A stretch of DNA of 32,000 nt from Candidatus Saccharimonadota bacterium (GTDB taxonomy: Bacteria > Pseudomonadota > Alphaproteobacteria > CAJXXZ01 > 1604HC), in NCBI RefSeq assembly GCF_008189285.1, contig NZ_CP043315.1:570001-602000 (forward strand), written 5' to 3'. The position numbers and the translations under genes are program-made. Below, piece after piece: positions 1 to 6,906 of the stretch; the stretch's first letter is position 1; each line of letters opens with the position of its first letter. The notes beneath the pieces were generated by a model, which saw only the letters and a list, made by a program, of their open reading frames with translations, ran no database searches and was not told where the DNA came from.

Positions 1-45
1 AAAGCAAAGCTGAGAATGAGAGAAGCTGTTTAAAATAAACACAAA

Positions 46-59
46 TGTTCCATATGGAA
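46..59 (-). terminator. Candidate hairpin (perfect 14-nt palindrome GTTCCATATGGAAC) with a T-rich tract after it on the minus strand. Possible end of the rpsE-side transcript.
   Basis: Palindrome read directly. The minus-strand RNA would be hairpin followed by AUUUGUGUUUAUUUU. The stem is short and lies about 260 nt beyond the rpsE stop, so support is weak. Confidence 0.25.
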
Positions 60-320
60 CAAAAAAGAAAATATTTAATATTGTTAATTATTAAATGAAA
101 AATTAATTTATCATTTTGCGAGAGAATTATTTAAATAAAAAATCGCAAATTAGATTGATTGTATTTGCTTAAAATCTTAATAATTTGAAATAAATATTTA
201 AATAAATAAAATTGACAACTGTTAAATTTAACAATTTTTTGAAATATTAATTAAGAAAATTAACTAAATTAATTAATCCAAAGCTAAGCATTCAAAGAAT
301 GACAGTTAAAAGAACAAGTA

Positions 321-917
321 TTAAGCAGCTTCTGCTTTACCGAATACTTTATCCATTGAAATACCTCTTTTGATAGCGATCATTTTTGGAGATTGCATGC
401 TAAATACCCCTTTAAACAGAGCTTTAACAACGTTATGAGGGTTATTACTTCCAATAACCTTTACAACTGCATCTTTTACTCCCAAAGCATCTAATGAAGA
501 TCTAACTACTTCACTGGCAATGATACCAGTACCAACAGGAGCAGATCTTAAGCAAATTCTAGTGCTGCAATATTTTACTTCAGCATCATGATGGAATGTT
601 CTTCCTTCTTTCAGTGAAACTTTAAACATAGATCTAGAAGCTTTGTCCATAGCTTTTCTTACAGCATCAGAAACTTCTTTTGCCTTACCTAAGCTATATC
701 CTGCAGATCCATTTCCATCTCCAACTATTACAAACGCACAAACTCTTTGTCTTTTTCCACCTTTTGTAACAGCTGCAATCCAATTCAAAGAAAGAACGTG
801 ATTGATCAAATTTTCTTTCTTCCTGGAAGAATCAAATCTTCTATTGCGTGATCTTCTAGCTTGAGGAACACCTGCATTACTATCTTTATTAAAAGTATTT
901 TTAATAGTATTCATCAA
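321..917 (-). CDS. rpsE: 30S ribosomal protein S5
   Basis: ORF translation has the S5 core (AAVTKGGKRQRVCAFVIVGDGNG...GTGIIAS...NPHNVVKA). It sits after L18 in spc-operon order. Confidence 0.92.
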   Translation of the reverse strand: MMNTIKNTFNKDSNAGVPQARRSRNRRFDSSRKKENLINHVLSLNWIAAVTKGGKRQRVCAFVIVGDGNGSAGYSLGKAKEVSDAVRKAMDKASRSMFKVSLKEGRTFHHDAEVKYCSTRICLRSAPVGTGIIASEVVRSSLDALGVKDAVVKVIGSNNPHNVVKALFKGVFSMQSPKMIAIKRGISMDKVFGKAEAA

Positions 918-1276
918 AACTCCAATCCATTTTCTCTTGCAGAATCAGCAAGAGCTTTAATGCATCCATGCATTTGCCATCCACCTAAATCAAATACGAT
1001 TTTAGTAATCTTTTTTGCTTTTAGTTTATCTGCAATTGTTTTTCCGATCCATTTGCATCCCTCTACTCCATATGTCTTTATAGAGTCAGGGAAATCTTTT
1101 GAAATAGAGCTAGCAGATGCAATAGTTTTATGTTGCTCGTCATCTATTGCTTGAACATAAACAAATTTATTAGACTTAAAAACAGATAATCTTAATCTAT
1201 TATCATGATTGATAGATCTGATCTTAAATCTTCTTCTTCTTTGTCTTCTGCAAAATGATAAATCTAATCTAGACAT
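914..1276 (-). CDS. rplR: 50S ribosomal protein L18
   Basis: L18-like sequence (RLSVFKSNKFVYVQAIDD...DLGGWQMHGCIKALADSARENGLEF). Four-nt overlap with rpsE. spc-operon order. Confidence 0.9.
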   Translation of the reverse strand: MSRLDLSFCRRQRRRRFKIRSINHDNRLRLSVFKSNKFVYVQAIDDEQHKTIASASSISKDFPDSIKTYGVEGCKWIGKTIADKLKAKKITKIVFDLGGWQMHGCIKALADSARENGLEF

Positions 1277-1812
1277 TATCTTTTACCTTCCTTCTTGATT
1301 CTGGATTTCAAACCCAAAATTTCTCCACCTTTGTAAGCTATAGGCTTTCTATGTGAAGCAACTTCAGATGCAAATTGCTTTACCTTTTGAGCATCAATTC
1401 CTTCTATATCTATAATAACAGGCTTTACACAAGTCACCTTTATATAAGAAGGAATATCAACCACTATTGGGTGACTATAACCCAATAAAAGCTTAAGAGT
1501 TGATCCCTCAATGGAACTTTTATAACCAGTTCCAGAAAGAGTAAGAGTTACTTTAAATCCATCAGTAACGCCTTTAATTGCAGATACTATAATTGCTCTA
1601 ATAGTTCCAAGCATGGGGAAATTTTTATTTTTCTTATCATTTCCTCCATTCATGGAAAGCATAATAGAATTGTTATCAAGATTTAAATTCAAAAAAGAGG
1701 GTATATTTAATTCTCTTTCTCCTTTAGGTCCCTTAACAACAAGCATATTATCATTAAAATTACAGCTTATTTTATCTGAAAACATAATTGGATTTCTAGC
1801 TAATCTTGACAT
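1276..1812 (-). CDS. rplF: 50S ribosomal protein L6
   Basis: L6-like sequence (MSRLARNPI...VKGPKGE...GTGYK...LGYSHP...KGGEILGLK), located between S8 and L18. Confidence 0.9.
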   Translation of the reverse strand: MSRLARNPIMFSDKISCNFNDNMLVVKGPKGERELNIPSFLNLNLDNNSIMLSMNGGNDKKNKNFPMLGTIRAIIVSAIKGVTDGFKVTLTLSGTGYKSSIEGSTLKLLLGYSHPIVVDIPSYIKVTCVKPVIIDIEGIDAQKVKQFASEVASHRKPIAYKGGEILGLKSRIKKEGKR

Positions 1813-2189
1813 TAACGTACCTCACAAACTATTTCTCCACCAATGCCATGAGCGATTGCTGAAACATCAGATATAACTCCCTTTGAAGTGCTAAGAATTA
1901 ACATTTTAGAAATTTGTCTTAATTTCTTAATTTGTGCCAAATCAACATGCACTCTTCTGGAAGATTTAGAAATTCTACGCAAACTAGATATTACAGGATA
2001 GCCTCGATCATACTTTAGAGTAATGATGATTTCTCTTTCTGATTCATCTAATTTTTCTATAAATCCTTCTTCTTTCATTACATTTAACACATTTCTAACA
2101 AAGTTAGATTTTTGAACATTTGTGGAATCCTTACCAACCAAGTAAGCATTCCTAATTCTTGTTAAAGTATCAGATATTTTATCATTCAT
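1812..2189 (-). CDS. rpsH: 30S ribosomal protein S8. The ORF is open to 2243, but the ATG at 2189 (MNDKISDTLTRIRNA) is the likely start.
   Basis: Canonical S8 N-terminus DTLTRIRNA begins right after the ATG at 2187-2189. The longer ORF would overlap the rpsN 3' end. Confidence 0.9.
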   Translation of the reverse strand: MNDKISDTLTRIRNAYLVGKDSTNVQKSNFVRNVLNVMKEEGFIEKLDESEREIIITLKYDRGYPVISSLRRISKSSRRVHVDLAQIKKLRQISKMLILSTSKGVISDVSAIAHGIGGEIVCEVR

Positions 2190-2196
2190 AACTACC

Positions 2197-2502
2197 TCAC
2201 CAACTTGCTTGCTCAACGCCAGGTAAGTAACCAAGCACGGCAAGTTCTCTTATTTTGTTTCTACAAATCCCGAATTCTCTATGAACTCCTCTAGGTCTTC
2301 CAGTTAATGCGCATCTTCTTCTGTATCTGATTCCAATGCTTTTTCTTGGAAGGTCGTTCAATTTGTTCATAGCTTCCATCTTTTCTTTCCAGTCTAGATT
2401 AGGATCTTTAATTAACTTCTTTAATTCTTTTCTTTTTGCTTCATATTTCTTACTTAATCTTAATCTCTCTAGATTTCTATAAATCATACTTGTCTTAGAC
2501 AT
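2197..2502 (-). CDS. rpsN: 30S ribosomal protein S14 (long, 101-aa type)
   Basis: S14 signature at the C-terminus (RCALTGRPRGVHREFGICRNKIRELAVLGYLPGVEQASW), located between L5 and S8. Confidence 0.92.
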   Translation of the reverse strand: MSKTSMIYRNLERLRLSKKYEAKRKELKKLIKDPNLDWKEKMEAMNKLNDLPRKSIGIRYRRRCALTGRPRGVHREFGICRNKIRELAVLGYLPGVEQASW

Positions 2503-3040
2503 TGTGTACCTTCTCTCTGAATGGGAGCCATAAGTTCTTTAAAAGCACTTCACAATCAGCATCACTAGATGCAGAAGTAATTAGCGCAATGTTCAAACCA
2601 AATGAAAATGTGCTATCGCTTTCAAAAAATACTGTATGATCTTTAATTCCTAAATTATAATTTCCATTACCATCAAAAGCATTTAATGACATTCCATGAA
2701 AATCTCTAACTCTTGGCAAAGCTAAATAAGCTAATCTTCTAACAAACTCATACATAGAAGCTTTTCTTAAAGTAACAAATACACCAGAAATCATTCCTTC
2801 TCTAACAGAGAATCCAGCAACTGATTTTTTTGCTTTTGCTTTTACAGGCAATTGTCCAGTAATTTTCATAATTTGATCAAAAATAAAATCAATTTTATTT
2901 GGATCTTTTAGATATTTACCACAACCAGCACTGATAACAACTTTAAGCAACTTTGGAACGCTAAAATCATTTTCTAAAGAAAGCTGACTTTTAACAGTTG
3001 GCATGATGTCGCTAAAATTTTCATAATGCTTCATGTTCAT
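2495..3040 (-). CDS. rplE: 50S ribosomal protein L5
   Basis: L5-like sequence (VPKLLKVVISAGCG...FRGMSLNAFDGNGNYNLGIKDHTVFFE), in spc-operon position. Confidence 0.9.
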   Translation of the reverse strand: MNMKHYENFSDIMPTVKSQLSLENDFSVPKLLKVVISAGCGKYLKDPNKIDFIFDQIMKITGQLPVKAKAKKSVAGFSVREGMISGVFVTLRKASMYEFVRRLAYLALPRVRDFHGMSLNAFDGNGNYNLGIKDHTVFFESDSTFSFGLNIALITSASSDADCEVLLKNLWLPFREKVHNV

Positions 3041-3354
3041 GATCTAACCTCTTTCTCAGATTTTCTAAATACTAATACTTTTTTATCATTCTTAAAGACA
3101 TATTTTGTTTTAGATGGCTTGCCATTTTCTATGTGAGCAACATTTGAAACATGCATTGATTTTTCACGTTTAATTATTCCACCTTGAGCAGTATTTGTAG
3201 GCTTTTGATGCATTGTTTGCATGTTAAGCCCTTCTACTATAACTCTCATATTCTTCTTATCAATAAGTGATATTTTACCTGAAGCGCCTTTGTCTTTTCC
3301 ATTAGTTATAATAACAACGTCGCCCATTTTAATTCTTAAATTAATTGCATTCAT
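3037..3354 (-). CDS. rplX: 50S ribosomal protein L24
   Basis: KOW-type N-terminus (IKMGDVVIITNGKDKGASGKI), located between L14 and L5. Confidence 0.9.
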   Translation of the reverse strand: MNAINLRIKMGDVVIITNGKDKGASGKISLIDKKNMRVIVEGLNMQTMHQKPTNTAQGGIIKREKSMHVSNVAHIENGKPSKTKYVFKNDKKVLVFRKSEKEVRS

Positions 3355-3355
3355 A

Positions 3356-3715
3356 TTAATACACCTTCAGAGCTTTTGATGTAATTTTTGCATTTACACT
3401 TCCACTCTCTCTTGCAACACATCCAAGAACTCTAGTTCCAATCATTTCATTTTTTTCATTAATCAACACAGCAGCGTTGTCAGAATATTTCAATGAAACT
3501 CCATTTTTTCTATTAATAATTCCCTTAGTGCGCACTATAACAGCATTGTAAACATCTCCTGATTTTACTTTAGCATTAGGCTCAGCATCTATAACAGAAA
3601 TTTTAATAATCATTCCAACTTCAGCTCCACCTTGAAGAGATCCCATGTTAAAACATCTTACCTTCTTAGCGCCAGAGTTATCAGCAACATTTAAAACAGT
3701 TCCTTTATAAATCAT
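3356..3715 (-). CDS. rplN: 50S ribosomal protein L14
   Basis: Strong L14 match (MIYKGTVLNVADNSGAKKVRCF...AVIVRTK...SLKYSDNAAVLIN). Confidence 0.95.
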   Translation of the reverse strand: MIYKGTVLNVADNSGAKKVRCFNMGSLQGGAEVGMIIKISVIDAEPNAKVKSGDVYNAVIVRTKGIINRKNGVSLKYSDNAAVLINEKNEMIGTRVLGCVARESGSVNAKITSKALKVY

Positions 3716-3945
3716 GATTTATCCTCTACAAGGCACCAGCTTTTTCTTTTAGAAATAGGCGCGCATGATTTTGCTTTAATAAAATCTCCTACTTTGCAAA
3801 CATTTTGTGGATCATGAATCATAAATTTCTTTGATCTCTTAATAACGCTTCCATAAATAGGATGTTTATAAATTCTCTTCACTAGCACAGACACAGTCTT
3901 GTCAGAAGAGCACGACACGACCTTGCCACTTATGTATTTAGTCAT
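3712..3945 (-). CDS. rpsQ: 30S ribosomal protein S17
   Basis: S17-like sequence (GKVVSCSSDKTVSVLVKRIYKHPIYGSVIKRSKKFMIHD). Four-nt overlap with rplN. Confidence 0.9.
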   Translation of the reverse strand: MTKYISGKVVSCSSDKTVSVLVKRIYKHPIYGSVIKRSKKFMIHDPQNVCKVGDFIKAKSCAPISKRKSWCLVEDKS

Positions 3946-4096
3946 TCTTCACCTCTAAAATCCTCATTTGAGTTTTCATTTTTGCTATTTCTTTTCTGGT
4001 CTTCTTAAGTACAGAAGGGTCCTTCAAAGATTTTTTAGCATGCAAAAATAAAGATTCTAGATAGCTACTCATAAGCTTTTGTAATTTTTCTTGCAT
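3938..4096 (-). CDS. rpmC: 50S ribosomal protein L29. This short 52-aa ORF falls below the supplied ORF-track cutoff.
   Basis: My own translation of the minus strand gives MQEKLQKLMSSYLESLFLHAKKSLKDPSVLKKTRKEIAKMKTQMRILEVKND. It is L29-like (helical, R..IAR/K motif). Its stop overlaps the rpsQ ATG, as is typical for rpmC-rpsQ. Confidence 0.6.
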   Translation of the reverse strand: MQEKLQKLMSSYLESLFLHAKKSLKDPSVLKKTRKEIAKMKTQMRILEVKND

Positions 4097-4297
4097 AGAA
4101 CAAATTTACTACAAACATTAGATCAAGTCCATAGATCCGCATGAAATATTAACAATTAAATTGCATAAACTATGAATATATTAATATGCGATAAATTAAA
4201 TTATGCAAAATCATAAAAATCTAATAAAATTAAATCACACAAAACATCATAAAATATATGTTATTTCAATTAAATTTAAAAAAAGTACTTTACCCTA

Positions 4298-4326
4298 TAG
4301 ACAAAAAAAATTGTTTTTGATACATT
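4298..4326 (+). promoter_or_regulatory. Candidate sigma70-type promoter for the 5S rRNA gene
   Basis: TAGACA (4298-4303), 17-nt spacer, TACATT (4321-4326). The mature 5S 5' end lies about 7 nt downstream. Read by eye only. Confidence 0.3.
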
Positions 4327-4332
4327 GATAGT

Positions 4333-4447
4333 GTTGGTTACCATAGCGGAAAACATAACACCCGATTCCATCCCGAACTCGGCAGTGAAAGTTTCCAGCG
4401 CTGATGGTAGTGCATCTTAAGGTGTGCGAGAGTAAGACGTTGCCAAC
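4333..4447 (+). rRNA. rrf: 5S ribosomal RNA
   Basis: Contains the conserved 5S strings CCAUAGCG, CCCGAACUCGGCAGUGAAA, AGCGCUGAUGGUAGUG and GCGAGAGUAAGACGUUGCCAAC. The terminal helix pairs 4333-4341 with 4439-4447. A T-run follows. Confidence 0.88.
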
Positions 4448-4622
4448 TTTTTTTCAATTTAAATTATCAATCAATTTTTTTAGATGAAGCTTGTTTTAGC
4501 AATTTTTATTATTACACAATTTTTTTATTTTTTATTAATTCAATTTTTATTTTTTATAATTTATAATTTCAAATTTATTATCAATATATCATTTAAAATA
4601 ATTTATTTATATAATTTTCATA

Positions 4623-4961
4623 ATGATTTTTACAACAAACTCATATCACAAGGGAATTTTTTACGAATTATTATCAGTTGTTATTTTATTTCTTAGGGGT
4701 CATAAAATATTAAAATGGAGATTTAAAACTCCCGTAGGAGAAATCGATATAATATCCAAAAAAGGAAGTTTTGTATTTGTAAATGAGGTTAAATACAGAA
4801 AAAATATAGAAAATGCTTATCATTTCACAGAATCAAAATATCAAAATAGATTAGAAAGAACCTATTATTGGTGGTTAAAATCAAATTCAAAATATGAAAA
4901 CTGCGAATTAAAAATAAAGTATATTTTCTGGCATAAAAAGTTTAGAATGAGATACATATGA
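4623..4961 (+). CDS. yraN: YraN/UPF0102 family endonuclease-like protein
   Basis: Family-typical motif GEIDIISKKGSFVFVNEVKYR, with the preceding YELLSVVILFLRGHKIL segment. ATGA overlap with rnhA. Confidence 0.6.
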   Translation: MIFTTNSYHKGIFYELLSVVILFLRGHKILKWRFKTPVGEIDIISKKGSFVFVNEVKYRKNIENAYHFTESKYQNRLERTYYWWLKSNSKYENCELKIKYIFWHKKFRMRYI

Positions 4962-5410
4962 CATGGCACTTAATTACTGATGGATCTTGCTTAGGAAACC
5001 CTGGCCGAGGAGGCTGGGCTTTCATGTTGCAAAATGGAGAAAATAAAGATATTCATTCTGGATATGAAGAAAAAACGACAAATAATAGAATGGAGTTACA
5101 AGCATTAATATCTGGATTAAAATATTTTTCTCAGCAATCTAAGGAAAGTTTAGACGTCACGATGGATAGTCAGTATGTGATCAATGGAGTAAAATCTTGG
5201 ATGGCAAATTGGAAGCGAAACAATTGGCAAACAGCAGCAAAAACACCTGTTAAAAATAAAGATTTATGGATGGAATTGGACAAAATAATACCAAGCATGT
5301 CGTTAAATTTTATTTGGACAAAAGGACATCAAGATCATGAGCTACATAACATAGTTGATGAAGCTGCTAGATGCGCTGCAGACAAGCATGCAAGCTGCAC
5401 ATGCAAATAA
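4958..5410 (+). CDS. rnhA: Ribonuclease HI
   Basis: RNase H1 motifs: TDGSCLGNPGRGGWAF, TNNRMELQALISGL, DSQYVINGV, WKRNNW, VKNKDLW, WTKGH. Confidence 0.9.
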   Translation: MTWHLITDGSCLGNPGRGGWAFMLQNGENKDIHSGYEEKTTNNRMELQALISGLKYFSQQSKESLDVTMDSQYVINGVKSWMANWKRNNWQTAAKTPVKNKDLWMELDKIIPSMSLNFIWTKGHQDHELHNIVDEAARCAADKHASCTCK

Positions 5411-5523
5411 ATAAGATCTCTTATCTATAAATATATTACTTGATTTTAACTAATATCAAAAATTTATTTTCACATATTTTTATACAAATATTTCATTTCA
5501 TCATCAAAAAACATCATTTTTCA

Positions 5524-5551
5524 TTGACAATTACTTCTTGTGGGGTAAGAT
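5524..5551 (+). promoter_or_regulatory. Candidate sigma70-type promoter of the left cassette. It lies inside the inverted repeat.
   Basis: TTGACA (5524-5529), 16-nt spacer, TAAGAT (5546-5551), then a G-rich RBS (AGGGGGG) 5-6 nt before the ATG at 5575. It is conserved in the mirror copy with one spacer mismatch. Confidence 0.4.
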
Positions 5552-5574
5552 TGTAGTAATTTAGGGGGGTTGTT

Positions 5575-6870
5575 ATGAAGAACCTGAGAATTTTGATACT
5601 AGCTATGATGTTAGTTGGAGCGAGAGAGTCTATATTTGCTGGAGAAGGGGATTTGAGTGAAAATCCTAGTATAGTAGAGGTAAAGGCTAAAAAAGGAATA
5701 TTGGATAAGTTTAGTCCAACTTTGTATGAAAAAGGGATGAAGTCTATTGAGAAGATTTGCCCAAAGAAATCTCATGCAGAAAAAGAAAGGCTATATTTTA
5801 TAGTATTAGCTAACAAAGGCGCTGGGGGGAGATATGCGATTTCTATATCTAAGATGCTTGATGAGCAACTTGGTTGGGAAGAAGGAAAGCATAGAGTAAG
5901 ATTGGAATTAGTTAATTATGCATACAAGACAAGGCATGCATTGAGTGAGATTTCTGGAGCTCAAGTTTTGGTAGATTCTATACATGGTATGGCCGATGAT
6001 ATACATCAATCTAAGCTAAGCGAGTTGATTGAGTTTGCAGATTACTTGCTAAAGAGTCATGAGAATGGTGAAGTAGTGGACTGGAAGCTAGAAGCAAAGA
6101 GAGCACAGTTTCACATCAATCCCCCAACAGATAAAGATGATCTGGAAGATGTATTCCTGTACCAAAGAGATCAAAAGGTTAGAAAAATGAGAGGGGCTTT
6201 GAGGAAGTTTATTGGGGCAATTAGTTATAGCAGCGATCTTTCTCATGAAGATTTATCTAAGATGTTTTCGGAAGATAAAGAGCAATGCAAGAAAGCAATC
6301 ATTGATGCATTTGAAGCAAATGATAATGTTTTTAGAAAGAGATTATTCCCATCAAATCCAAGCTCAATCGAAGAAGAAAGAGTTATAAGATGGTTATTTG
6401 AATCCTTAGAGTTAGATATAAACCCAATCTTTGCTAAATACAAAGATGAGTTTAAGAAAATGCGCCAAGAAGAAACAGATGCAATGTGGTCAGATAAGTC
6501 TAAAGCTCCTAAAGTTAGCCCAGATCTAGATGAATCAGATATCAATGCAATGATATGTTTGTATGGTATTGGAGAATTGCATGAATTTATATTTAATAAT
6601 TATTTGAAAGATGCGCTTGTTGTTGAATTTAACAAGATAACTGAAGAGAATAAAAGTTATAAAGATTGCTCATTAAGCGCAGAAACTCTATCACTAGGAG
6701 GGATTGCATTTGAAACATGTAATGGCAATCAAAAAATAGCGATTCATCATATTAAGTATGGAGCATACGAAGCTGCCAAAGAACACATCGATGCATTCGT
6801 AAAATCTTATGTTATGCCAAGAGCAGAAGTTTTTGCTAAAAACTATGTTGAGAATTTAAAGAAATCTTAA
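5575..6870 (+). CDS. Secreted (Sec signal peptide) protein of unknown function, VgrG-linked paralogue A (431 aa)
   Basis: N-terminus MKNLRILILAMMLVGARESIFA|GEG looks like an SPase I signal peptide. It has no Cys lipobox. The gene lies 36 nt upstream of vgrG. I recognise no family. Confidence 0.8.
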   Translation: MKNLRILILAMMLVGARESIFAGEGDLSENPSIVEVKAKKGILDKFSPTLYEKGMKSIEKICPKKSHAEKERLYFIVLANKGAGGRYAISISKMLDEQLGWEEGKHRVRLELVNYAYKTRHALSEISGAQVLVDSIHGMADDIHQSKLSELIEFADYLLKSHENGEVVDWKLEAKRAQFHINPPTDKDDLEDVFLYQRDQKVRKMRGALRKFIGAISYSSDLSHEDLSKMFSEDKEQCKKAIIDAFEANDNVFRKRLFPSNPSSIEEERVIRWLFESLELDINPIFAKYKDEFKKMRQEETDAMWSDKSKAPKVSPDLDESDINAMICLYGIGELHEFIFNNYLKDALVVEFNKITEENKSYKDCSLSAETLSLGGIAFETCNGNQKIAIHHIKYGAYEAAKEHIDAFVKSYVMPRAEVFAKNYVENLKKS

Positions 6871-6906
6871 GATAATCTTAATCAATGAAGTCTATGCTTT
6901 GTCAAA

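Noticed and set aside
861-1876. Plus-strand ORFs 861..1154 and 1613..1876, overlapping rpsE/rplR and rplF/rpsH
   Set aside because: They are antisense to highly conserved ribosomal protein genes and have no independent support.
4097-4332. Looked for a 23S rRNA 3' end upstream of the 5S gene
   Set aside because: The sequence is featureless AT-rich spacer with none of the conserved GC-rich 23S 3' domain strings.
4484-4696. A 70-aa ORF rich in Phe/Ile/Asn between the 5S gene and yraN
   Set aside because: It is a translation of an AT-rich spacer with poly-T/A tracts. It overlaps the yraN start and its composition is non-protein-like.
6243-6545. Antisense ORFs inside the signal-peptide paralogues (6243..6545 and 11528..11821)
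   Set aside because: They are mirror shadows of the sense frames. The sense ORFs are much longer and have an RBS, a signal peptide and a conserved start.
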